Positions 1 to 11,481 of a stretch of DNA of 64,000 bases are shown in pieces. Source of the DNA: Octopus vulgaris (Eukaryota); assembly GCA_951406725.2 (NCBI GenBank), contig OX597826.1:54870001-54934000 (forward strand), in the 5' to 3' direction. The notes under the pieces are model-generated. The model was not told where the DNA came from, ran no database searches, and saw only the letters and a program-made list of their open reading frames with translations. The translations under genes and the position numbers were made by a program. The first letter of the stretch is position 1; every line of letters starts with the position of its first letter.

Positions 1-6
1 ATTTAA

Positions 7-436
7 TAGCATAGAGTATCCTTCAACTATTACCTACATTAATGAAATTCGTGGAGCAATCGAGACTCAGAGCCGTGTATAGGTTAAATTGACATATATT
101 TTAGCATTAATATTCTTAAATTAACAATTTTAACTCGACTTATTAGCATAGAGTATCATTTAAGTATTATGTCCGCTGATGAGATTCATGGAGCAATCGA
201 GACACAGAGCTGTGTGCAGGTTAGATTGACATATATTTTAGCATTAATATCCTTACAGTCACAATTTTAACTCGGCGTAGTAGCATAGGGTATCCTTCAA
301 GTATTACTTCTGCTGAGATTCATGGAGCAATCGGGGCACAGAGCCGTGTATAGGTTAAATTGACATATATTTTAGCATTAATATTCTTACATTACCAATT
401 TAAACTCTGCTTAATAGCACAGAGCATCCTTCAACT
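7..436 (+). repeat. ~135-bp tandem repeat (3 full units plus a partial), each unit carrying a degenerate type I hammerhead-ribozyme-like motif
   Basis: Unit restarts at TAGCA(T/C)AG(A/G)G near 7, 143, 281 and 415. Unit 2 reads CTGATGA-GATT-catggagc-AATC-GAGAC-ACAG-ag-CTGT-GT. Array may continue left of the window. Confidence 0.8.
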
Positions 437-933
437 TCTCCGCAAATATATAACGAAAGCGACATTAAGAAATTTAAGAATTAAGCTTCCAGTTTTTAAA
501 TTGGCTGTACGGCCTCTAGGTTTTGATCATATTATCTATGCGTTGTGAGCATGTTGGGGATTCCAAGAATTTTTGTCTGATATATCTAATCGCCAAAGAG
601 CAACGGCGTTCCGTAAAACGACAGCCTTATTAGCTTACCGCGAGTAAAATGGAATAGCTTAAATCTGTATTTAAGAGATTGCTACATGTACACAAATCTT
701 TCCTTCGCTTATGGGATTGAGTAAGCAATTAAAACGTTGCACCGTATCTAGGATAAATTGATATTTATTTAAATATTGATATTAGTAGTGTATATGTGTG
801 TATGTATTTATATATACTTGAATATTAATTTGAGTGCATTAGTTTAACTGTGTAAACTATTAAATTCTCTACGATTAATGCATTAAGATACATCAAAAGA
901 TCTATACAGAAATCTGTATGTGCATGTGTGCAC

Positions 934-973
<40 letters not shown>

Positions 974-1094
974 TTCCCTCTGAATACTTATACCCACACG
1001 AATACTTATACATGCGTATATACATCGGCGAATATGTTTACCAAAATATTTAGTAACATGATTTTTGGAAATTACCAGAAAAATATACTTAAAA

Positions 1095-1260
1095 AAAAAA
1101 CCCGAAGAAATCGAGCACCTCACTTTCAGGATACGCATGGTAGTTGAAAGACATTTAACAATTTTAATATTTCGCGCAAGATTCTTAAGGCAGAAAAATA
1201 CAAACGAAGTGAAAAACAAAAATGCTGCGCCAAATGTACACATTACGAGAGACATTCAGG
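1095..1260 (+). mobile_element. Penelope-like element GIY-YIG endonuclease C-terminal remnant
   Basis: Manual translation KSSTSLSGYAW*LKD and, after a frameshift, ILKAEKYKRSEKQKCCAKCT. Resembles the PLE endonuclease tail (T.LS.YIW.LK...C..C..EK) and the 62101 ORF (ATSLSNMIWALKE). Confidence 0.55.
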
Positions 1261-1501
1261 ACACCTCTCTTGAGGCACTGATATTATAGATCACTCTAAC
1301 AATTCACACCCATACACGTCTCGAACAAATAAAACTCTGTAGTTTCAAGTAATTAATGTTGTCACCTATGGCATACAAATATTTAGTTTAGCTACACTAT
1401 AATTCGATTACATGTTCATTTCTTTAAGCAAATATAACAGAAAAGTAGCTATCAATCATCTCTATTTTGTCGATAGCGACATTTTATCCAAATTATTAAT
1501 A

Positions 1502-1656
1502 TGGAGTGGATGTGTGGTAAGTAGCTTGCTTACCAGCCTCGTGGTTCCGGGTTCAGTCCCACGCGTGGCACCTTGGACAAATGTCTTCTATAGCTTTGGG
1601 CCGACCAAACCCTCGTAAGTGGATTTGGTAGACGGAAACTGAAAGACGCCAGTCGT

Positions 1657-1714
<58 letters not shown>

Positions 1715-1888
1715 ATGTATGTATGTATGTGTGTGTATATGTTTGTCTGTGTTTGTCCCTCCAACATCGCTTGACAACCGATGCCGGTGTGTTTACGGCT
1801 TACAAAGAATAAGTCCTGGGGTCTATTTGCTCGACTAAAGGAGGTGCTCCAGCATGGCCACAGTCAAGTGACTGAAACAAGTAAAAGA
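1502..1888 (+). mobile_element. SINE family A (tRNA-derived, CORE-like motif, internal microsatellite), internal deletion
   Basis: A-box-like TGGxTGTGTGG, B-box-like GGTTCAGTCCC, CACCTTGGACAA, internal (TA)n/(TG)n, 3' tail GCTCCAGCATGGCC..TGACTGAAACAAGTAAAAGA shared by more than 10 copies in the window. Confidence 0.9.
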
Positions 1889-1959
1889 TTAAATTAGTAA
1901 AAGAGAATGTTTCGTACTCTGCATGTGCATCGCATTACATCTCTTTTGATATGCCACCT

Positions 1960-2108
1960 ACATCCTACAGTTCTATATTTAAGAGATGAGGAATTATGTA
2001 CATTATTTATGTTATTTATATTTGACGTCTTGGGGAAATTTCGAACCTGGGTTCTCATTCGTAAGGTATTTTTCCATGTTATTATTATTATTATTACTAT
2101 TATTATTA

Positions 2109-2181
<73 letters not shown>

Positions 2182-2186
2182 CATCA

Positions 2187-2247
<61 letters not shown>

Positions 2248-2312
2248 CATTATTATTATTATCATTATTATCATTATTATTATTATCATTATCATCATCG
2301 TCATCATCATCA

Positions 2313-2377
<65 letters not shown>

Positions 2378-2640
2378 GTTATTATAATTATTATTATTAT
2401 TATTATTATTATTGTTGTTGTTGTTATCGTTCAGGTCACTGCTTGGAATCGAACTCGGAATCTTGGGATTAGATGCCCGCGCTCTTCAGGTGTCTTGGGG
2501 AAAGACACCTGAAGAAGGCTAGTGGGTATATCAGCCGAAGCGTTGTGTTAACGACAAAGAAGGTGAGGACAAATATCCGTCAAATGTAAATAATGTAAAT
2601 CCGTCAAGCGTAAATACAGTAAATAATGCACATACATCCT
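1960..2640. mobile_element. Rearranged repeat: inverted ends, internal (ATT)n, tRNA-like segment and hammerhead-like motif
   Basis: ~1990-2028 is the approximate reverse complement of ~2578-2635. Perfect 14-bp hairpin at 2483-2496/2502-2515. CTGAAGA-A-GGCT..AGCC-GAAG at 2509-2540. (ATT)n at 2078-2425. Confidence 0.6.
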
Positions 2641-4085
2641 TTTTACTATTATTACTTCCCTGCGAACAGGATAGAAATAGCAAAAAAATATAAATGATAA
2701 TTATATTTTTAATATAGTATAACTCTTGTATTTATTAAAGTTATTGATATAAAAAAAAGATTGTTTAAAGTAACTAATAAAAATTGTTCTTCATTCATTG
2801 TTTATCGGAGGGAGAATTCCGTAATAATAAATTTAGAGCTACAAATACTATAACCCAAAGATATAGAGTTAGGCTATAACAATGGATATGAAAATAATAC
2901 TAGTTTTTTAGAAGTAACCAGATTTTAAGTTACTTACATAGCGATTAATATTCGTATATTATGGAAGAGAGAACTCAGTAAATGATAATTGAGGAAGATA
3001 AGAAAAATCTAGGATTGAGAATTGGTCCTCGATAAATATAATTAATATTCTTATTTTTTTAATTAAATGACTATATATAGTAAATATCCAAATTTTATTA
3101 ATTCTTTCATAAATAACAAAATAATATTGTTGTAATAAGAATACAAATTATAAACTATACAATACCATGATAATAATTATTGTGGTGATTAAACTTAATT
3201 AGTCAAATAAAACTATTTATTTATTATTATTATCATTATTATTTTTGTTGTTATAATTATCATCAATTAATTAATAAATCAAATGAAGGTATTCATACAT
3301 TTAATTATTTAATATAATGAAGACATCTTATAAGTAATATGTAATTAATATTTAATTACCAATATAATTATGTATTCTACAGTAACTACAAGGAGATGCA
3401 CTAATAAGACTGAGAATTCTGAATTAATCCACTAAAAAATTAAGTTTCCAAATTCAACATTATTATATAGATTAAAATGACAAAACTTAAAGATATACAT
3501 ATATGCTTGCACACAGACACATACCTATTTTATATACACTCATACCGATACACAATAAATAACGAACAATTTTTATTAGTTACTTTTTAAACAATCTTTT
3601 TCATATCAATATATTTAAATAAATAGAAGAGTCATTATATATTAAAAATATAATTATCATTTATATTTTTACAGGTTTTATTACAGTTTCTAGACTAAGT
3701 AAGACCCTGACACTTAACTATATACATATATATTATTGTTGTGTTATTATAATAGCGAAAGATTTTCTTCGACATAAACGAGTTTAGTTTAATATTATTT
3801 GAGATATATAGAGATATATTTCGATAGCTGTAGATTCAACTTACTTAATTATTTTGTCCGTTATAATTTTGTTTTTAATTGTAATTAATGTGTACTTGAA
3901 TGGCTAACGCTCACGCTCATAATACATAGGCATTTGAATTAATTTCTTTTACAATCCAGCCGTCCTTTCGCGCGGAATTTCGTTTATCTTCAAACAATTG
4001 GCTCTGATGAGGCTTATATAAGGGAATTGAATTGTTAATATTTCGAAACAAATTGTTGGCTTTTTTGTTTTTCTTAATAATAGTT

Positions 4086-4309
4086 ATATGGGTATAATTC
4101 AAATTACAAACAATAAATTAAACAGAGAGATACAATTGACAATCCAATAATTTATTTATATTATGATATAACATAATATACTATGAATATAATATAACAA
4201 TATTATATTCATAGTATATTATGTTATATCATAATATAAATAAATTATTGGATTGTCAATTGTATCTCTCTGTTTAATTTATTGTTTGTAATTTGAATTA
4301 TACCCATAT
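4086..4309. repeat. Perfect long palindrome (110-bp arms, 4-nt loop)
   Basis: 4086-4195 is the reverse complement of 4200-4309 with no mismatch seen by eye; loop AACA. Confidence 0.95.
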
Positions 4310-4414
4310 CTATGTGGTATTCAACTGACTTACCAATGAATTGAATGTTTTACACACCCCTTTGAAGGAATTTTTTTCCTCAGTTTGTTACTTTATATAT
4401 ACATATATAATTAC

Positions 4415-4942
4415 AGGCGCAGGAGTAGCTCTGTTGTAACAAGCTTGCTTCCCAACCACATAGTTCCGGGTCCAAACCAACTGCATGGCATCTTGGGAAG
4501 ATATCTTCTACTATAGCCTCTGGCCAACAGCCTGCCACAGACTTGTGAATGGATTTGGTTGAGGGAAACTGGAAGTAGCCTATGGTAAATATATATATAT
4601 ATATATATATATGTATAAAGAGAAAGTTTATGAAAATAAACAAAAGACGAAGGCAGGTGGTGTACAAAGAAACAAATGTATTAGTATAGCGGTCAGGAAT
4701 AGAAAAAGTCTTTTACGTTTCGAGCCTATGCTCTTCCACAGAAAGACACACAGAAAAAAACAAGGAGAGAAACAAGGAGAGAAATATATATATATATATA
4801 TATATCTTTGTGTTCGTGGGTTTGTGTTTGTTCCTTCCCACCCCGTCGCTTGACAAGGTGCTGGTGTCTTTACGGTTCCGTAAAATAGCGGTTCTGCAAA
4901 AGAGACTGAGAGAATAAGTACCAGGTTTGCAAAGAATAATCC
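4415..4942 (+). mobile_element. SINE family A with a foreign insertion (~4615-4785) in its internal (TA)n tract
   Basis: Head GGCGCAGGAGTAGCTCTGTTGTAA at 4415, body resumes ~4810, truncated by (GAA)n at 4944. Confidence 0.8.
4708..4747 (-). ncRNA. Minimal type I hammerhead-like motif (PLE-type), one core substitution
   Basis: Minus strand: GTCTTT-CTGTGGA-A-GAGC-atag-GCTC-GAAA-C-GTA-AAAGAC. Stem I GTCTTT/AAAGAC, stem II GAGC/GCTC, palindromic ACGT in place of stem III. Confidence 0.6.
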
Positions 4943-5239
4943 TAGAAGAAGAAGAAGAAGAAGAAGAAGAAGAAGAAGAAGAAGAAGAAGAAGAAGACAA
5001 TAGCAACAAACGCTTCTGCTTTTTGTTGCTGTTGTTTTAATTGCATAGAAGCAGTTCGAATCTAATGAATCATAACAACGATTGAAGGACATTCCAGCCG
5101 TGAGCATTGTGTCTCTTGTATATCTAAAGCAGGTGTATTAAGCAACATGCCCTTATCTCGATGTCATACGTTGGTACGAGGCCAACAATTCCGGGAGAGG
5201 GATATAGTGTAAAAAATGATATTTATTTTATTGTTCACG

Positions 5240-5335
5240 AATGAATAAAAGTCGACCTCGGCAGAACTCAGAACGTAAAGGCGGTCAAAATGCCGAAAAG
5301 CATTTTGCCCCTCGCGGTAACGATTCTGTTCGTTT
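5240..5335 (-). mobile_element. SINE family B fragment
   Basis: AAAGTCGACCTCGGCAGAACTCAGAACGTAAAG..AACGATTCTG matches the reverse complement of the family B head. Confidence 0.7.
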
Positions 5336-6326
5336 ACCTGAATGTCCCCTGTTGTTGGGAACTATATTCAGTAGATTGGGTCTCGAGAGGAAGTGGTTGC
5401 TGTTTCTAGCGTGTTGTAATAAGGCAAATACGTCCTTATCTTTGGCAAATATGCTCTCATCATCATAACTGCTGGTTGTATGCAAATTGCCAGTAGTTCC
5501 CTAAGCATTATGGTCAACATGTTTGAAGACGGTTTTTCTCGAATGATAAGAGGTTTCATAATCGTCCAGTAGCTTTGATGATGAACAGAGAGAGGGAGAA
5601 AGTAAGATAAAGAGAGAGCGGGGGAGGGAGGGATAGCGAGAGAGATAGAGGGAGAGACAGGAAAGGAGAGACATGTGGAGAAAGAAGTAAAGTGAATGAC
5701 ATTAGACAGACTGACACCTGTATAGTGTAGGATGATACATAGGTATATAGATATTGAGATTGAAATAAAGATTATGACATTGAGCATACGTACGTGAGTG
5801 TATGTAGTTATACGGTTATATATGGTGTGTGTGAGTGTGTGTGTGTGTGTGTGCGTGTGCTTGTCTGTGTGCGTGTATGCGTGACCTTGCTTGTATGCAT
5901 TTCTGTGGTTATAAGTATGTGGTAGTGCAAGCAAGTAACGAAGTATACCTTGTGACTTGGTGGAGGAACAGTGTCCGGTAGATTAAAGTATTAAAATGTA
6001 TGCGTATGTTGTGTTGCATGCACGTGTATACATTGTGCATGTTTGTGCGCATGCGTACCATAGAACACAAACCGAAAATGCCAAACTTCCATAAATACAT
6101 GCAGCCATCCATACAAACATACTCACGTATATGTACATACATTCGTTTATATATTTGTATCTGTATGTCCACATATATATTATATGTTATATATGGTACT
6201 TGTGTATGTATATATGCGCAAATGCATATCTGTGTACAACCAAACAGGAAATACATATATTCACACTAAAACACGCTCAAGTAGGTTCATGCGAGTATGC
6301 ACGCATGAGTCGATTCTATCTGTGCT

Positions 6327-6370
<44 letters not shown>

Positions 6371-6469
6371 CATATATATATACATGTATGTGTGTACTTA
6401 CATACATATAATATATACATATATATACATATACACACATTTATCTATCTATCTATCTATCTATCTATA

Positions 6470-6542
<73 letters not shown>

Positions 6543-6729
6543 GTACATATACATGTGTGTAAGTCTAAGCGTGTGAATATATGGATGTACATCAGTTTGT
6601 TGCACACGCTCATACTCGTAAGTATAAACTAATCTAAAGTGCCGTATATCTATCTTCATCTCTCTCTGAGCTTGATTCATTATATATAAATGCCTGATAT
6701 ATACATGCGTACATTGATACATACATACA

Positions 6730-6788
<59 letters not shown>

Positions 6789-6843
6789 GCCTACATACGC
6801 GTGCCAACTTACATATAAATATATATATAATGCAAAATCTTAC

Positions 6844-6876
<33 letters not shown>

Positions 6877-7031
6877 CGTATATATATATGTATATATATA
6901 TACATATATATATATATATACATACACGTGTATATATATTTATATATATATATATATATATATGAGATAATGTATATAATATATTGAACCACTTATCACA
7001 CGAAAAGAACACAGACAGATACATGCTTGTG

Positions 7032-7062
<31 letters not shown>

Positions 7063-7701
7063 GCATGTGTGTATGTATATGTATATAAGTCTGTGTGTGT
7101 TTTGTGTGATAAGTGGTATAATCTTTGGGCTATATAGCATGACTCTAGATCGATTCCTAGCCACCGTCATCGCTCTCTCCACCTGCCCGTTCAGCCCTTC
7201 CCTCTCCCAATTGGTTTCCCTAATAACTAGCTTCACAGTCCTCCTCTCACAGACATCAAATTATGTCACCTTTGAAGTTTGGTCATTGCCTAATCAGCTG
7301 AGGCCTCCCCCAGGCATGGGTAGGTACACCGATGGTGAGAGAGAAAAAGCGAGGGAGAGAGAGAGTGAGAGAGAGAGAAAGTGAAAGGAGCAATGCATTA
7401 CATCAGAGGGAGTGTGAACAATTTGATGTGACATAGAAGATTGAGAGAGAGTGCGAGACAGAGAGAGACAGAGGAACAGAAAGAGAGGGCGGGAAGGAAG
7501 GAAAAGTGTCTGGTACGTATGACAAATCGAACGTGAGAATCAGAGAGAGAGGGAGAGAGAGTAAGAAATGTTAGAGTGAGATAAGAGGCAAGAATTAGAA
7601 GATAAAATGTATACGATAGCAATAAGAGTTAAGGGTTGGTTATCTCTCTCTCTCTCTCCCTCTCTCTTTATCTATCTATCTATCTATTTATCTAATCTAT
7701 C

Positions 7702-7736
<35 letters not shown>

Positions 7737-7999
7737 CTATCTACCTATCTAGATAGCTACTTGCTCTAGGTTATTCACCCGCTCACCATATATATATATA
7801 TATAGCTTTGTATATATGTATGTATATATGTCTATATACATATAAAGGCAGACATACAGGCACACAGACGAGGAGCGTTAAAGATAATTAGAGAATGTAA
7901 TATAAGAATTATTGCGGTAGAATATAAAACTGAATTCGGAGTAGGTATAGTGTGTGAGAGAGTGAGAAAGAGAGATGTGTAAATGAATAAATAAATATC

Positions 8000-8044
<45 letters not shown>

Positions 8045-8258
8045 GGAGAGAGAGGAGGGAGAGAGAGTAAGGTAAATAGAGAGAGATGGTGAGATTAAAA
8101 GAAACATGTCACAAAAATATTGACATATGACTTGTCTTGAAATAACCAAATAACACTCCATTTGTTATAGGCATAATACATGTCTTTTATATATCAGTCT
8201 ACTTTCAAATACTCATACATGCACAAAAACTCTCTCGTGTAAACACACACATAGACAG

Positions 8259-8319
<61 letters not shown>

Positions 8320-8773
8320 TACAAAGGAAAGTAAAAAAATTTCCGCACTTCCGTGAAAATTATCCTTTGATTGGCCGCACTGCCTTCATCGCTCGCATGT
8401 TAAAAGGTTGTACTCTTGTGATAACGTAACCGGGGTTTGACCTTGATCATTCCAGTTTTCTTTATTGTGCTACAAAATAAACATAGCTGCACCGCTGGCC
8501 GAGTGCACCAAAGAAGAACAGCGCTTTGTAATCCGATTTCTTTCGTCTAAAGGTGTGTTGAGGGCTGACATTTACCGCAGGTTTTCACTACAATGCAGCG
8601 AGAGCGCCCTGATCCGTAGAAATGATCCCAGAAATTCGCACTAAACGCTGCGGTCTGCTGTCAACTCAAGTGTTATTGGTGCACGGCAATGCAACTCGAT
8701 GTATGGCTGCCACATTGAAGGCATTGAAAAATTGGGCTTCAAGTTGCTGGAACACATTGCATACAGTCCAGAT
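8320..8773 (+). mobile_element. Mariner transposon remnant (internally deleted, pseudogenised)
   Basis: ECTKEEQRFVIRFL (N-terminal HTH region), LVHGNA (degenerate HDNA), LLEHIAYSPD (HPPYSPDL motif). TIR-like TACAAAGGAAAGTAAAAAAATTTCCGCAC at 8320. Confidence 0.75.
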
Positions 8774-8779
8774 CAATTA

Positions 8780-10425
8780 ATTAAATAGCTGTATCCGAGA
8801 AACAAAGGGAAGTAACGAAGGAAGACACTCCAAGGACAGGTTGGTCAAAATCGGGAACAATTTTGCGCAGCATTACATTCGAATTTTGTAAACAAACTTG
8901 AAAAGTCTCCCAAAACCGAAACACATGATGAAAATATACCAGCAACCAGCATCAATATATTTAACTTAGAGCCACATTAGCTATATTTGGAACAAAAATT
9001 TATACGCTGCAAAATTTGCATTTTGGAACATGCTTAAGACACCTACAGAAAAAAATTGCGTTAGAGAAAATGAAAATGGAAATCGAATTACTTAATCTAA
9101 GAACATCAATCAACGAGCAAAAATATAAATCCATTGAAGAAGAAATGCATTAAACATGCTCATTAAACTTGCTGATGGACATCTTAAGAAAGTGTTCTCA
9201 AATTTTGGAGAGTAACTTGTGAATCTGAAAAAATATATTCCTTCAAGGTTGGGAAAAAATGACAATTTTGTTCCATTATTATGAAACCCAGTTCAAAATA
9301 GAATGCAGTTACGGTAATCCTCTTTCGAAGAAAACCAGAATGAAAGCCTATACAAAAATGACTAAACAGCCAATTGGGTCAAACTATAGAAATTTAAAAG
9401 AACATAACCACACAAAACCAATTTCACACTTGGAAGTACAAGTAAATCACTCTCAAAAGAAGAAATAAGAACGATTCACAAATTAGGAAGACTAGAAGGA
9501 ATCATTCCAGAAGTAGGAATATCAATTTTCCTCAAGCAGTGAGAAAGACTCAAGGAAATATATTTAAGGAACTCGAAACACGCAAATGCACCTAATATGC
9601 TGAGACAGCACAACAAGTTTCTAACGATTTCAGTATAATTAGTAAGAAAATAATCCACGCCAAAGTAAATACAACAAAGGTTTTTGACCTAGACCACAGA
9701 AACAGAGATATTTGAACAAAGCATACAGGAGAAACTCGAAGTCATAAATTTATCAAAGAAAACGTTTTCTACATCAAAAATATCAACATACTAGCAAAAA
9801 GCTTAAAATTTGCCCCCAAACACACACAGATCTTATCAGAATGAAATTAAAAATAATACTGCAGAATTTTTCGCAGAAAATTGCGACTTACAGGAGCACT
9901 ACTTAACTATAATAAAAGCGATGATTCACCTGTTAAAAGCACAAACAATTATCTTCCGCCTGAATGTAGGAATAAAATACTCGAGGACTTTTGTGGCCGC
10001 TTTCTGAATTTCCTTTATAATACCTTACACAAAGAATTAACTCAGACATTAGCACTAATGAATGGAAAATCTTAATTGAATTGCAAAATGAGAAAGAAAT
10101 GAAAATCAAAGAAGCTGATAAAGGAAGAGCTGTAGTACTGATGGACACAGAATATTATAAAAAACTGAACTGTTCATGCTTACGAGAAGGTTGAAAATTA
10201 TAAACAACGGAAAATAATGAAAAATCTTTCATCCTTACTTCACCAACATGGAAAAGGTTTGACAGACAAAGAAATCGGTAATATAAAAAAATTTTAATGT
10301 AAACCTAGCATTTTATACTGCTTGCCAAAAAATCCACAAGAGCCAGATAATTAAAAAAAAGTCTGTAAAATGTCCAGTCTCCACGAGAGTTAAAATTCAG
10401 ACCCATTATAACTGGCCCATCATGA
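8780..10425 (+). mobile_element. Penelope-like element remnant with N-terminal RT region (frameshifts and stops)
   Basis: KSLKFAP (~9798), KIKEADKGRAVVLMD (10102-10146), YCLPK/IHK (~10316-10340) and LKFRPIITGPS (~10390-10422) are characteristic PLE RT motifs. Confidence 0.85.
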
Positions 10426-10872
10426 TATAGACAAGCGCATAGAACGATGTGAGAAGATCTTCAATCCATTTTCAAAATTACACCATTTACCCATGCAATC
10501 TAAAACCTCCTGTACAACAATGGTTAAATAGAGACTACATTTATTGAAAAATACCAACCGCGGACAGAATACGAACATATAACAAATTTTGGACTGTGTA
10601 TATATCTTAGTTCGTATAATCCATTCAGCTTCAAAAGAAGTGTAATTACCTGCCCTAATGCTAATCATATCAATGACAAATTACAGCCTCTGAAATTTAT
10701 TTGCCTCCAAATTCATATACAAAATATCATTACTCCTACTTACACAAAGTGAAAACTCCTTTTGACACCGTGAAATTGTAAAATTATTACTAACTTATTA
10801 ATCATAATTAGCAAAACCGAAACCGGTCGACAATTAGACTATGTAAATATTCTATTTCATATATATATATCA

Positions 10873-10907
<35 letters not shown>

Positions 10908-10953
10908 TGTGTATGTATATGTCTATATATGTATATGTATATATATGTATATC

Positions 10954-11014
<61 letters not shown>

Positions 11015-11413
11015 ACAAGATGAAGATGGAAAGTGTAAAAATATAAATTAATCTATTAACATATAGTTAATCAAATTTGCCTATAATTGCTTCAATTTTA
11101 TTCAATACTGATTACAAATTTATAAATAAAATAGAATAGAATTTGCATTTAGAATATTATTTTAGTAAAACCTCATCAGGGCTATTTAGCATAAAAAGAT
11201 TACACGTTGTTAGGTTGAAATTTTTAAAACAGACGGATTAAATGAAGATATGTTTATATGAATGTGTGGGTGTTGATATATTTCATAATAAAATAATAAT
11301 AAAAAAATTACTAAAAGAAATAAATAAAACAAAACGTGAATAAAGATAAATAAAACAACACATGTGTTGTAAATATATATGTCTATAGATTTTGCTAATT
11401 TGTTTGTCGTGTG

Positions 11414-11481
<68 letters not shown>

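Noticed and set aside
1894-2512. Long poly-Ile/Leu ORFs, and the many [16 protein letters not shown] ORFs across the window
   Set aside because: Translations of (ATT)n, (TA)n, (CA)n, (TATG)n and (ATCT)n microsatellites; not genes.
2650-3490. Very AT-rich stretch resembling a mitochondrial insertion (NUMT)
   Set aside because: No convincing mitochondrial protein or tRNA motif found by eye; a BLASTN to the mitogenome would settle it.
7140-7335. GC-richer island with possible plus-strand acceptor (CTCACAG) and donor (GGTAGG)
   Set aside because: Short, no recognisable protein, weak signals.
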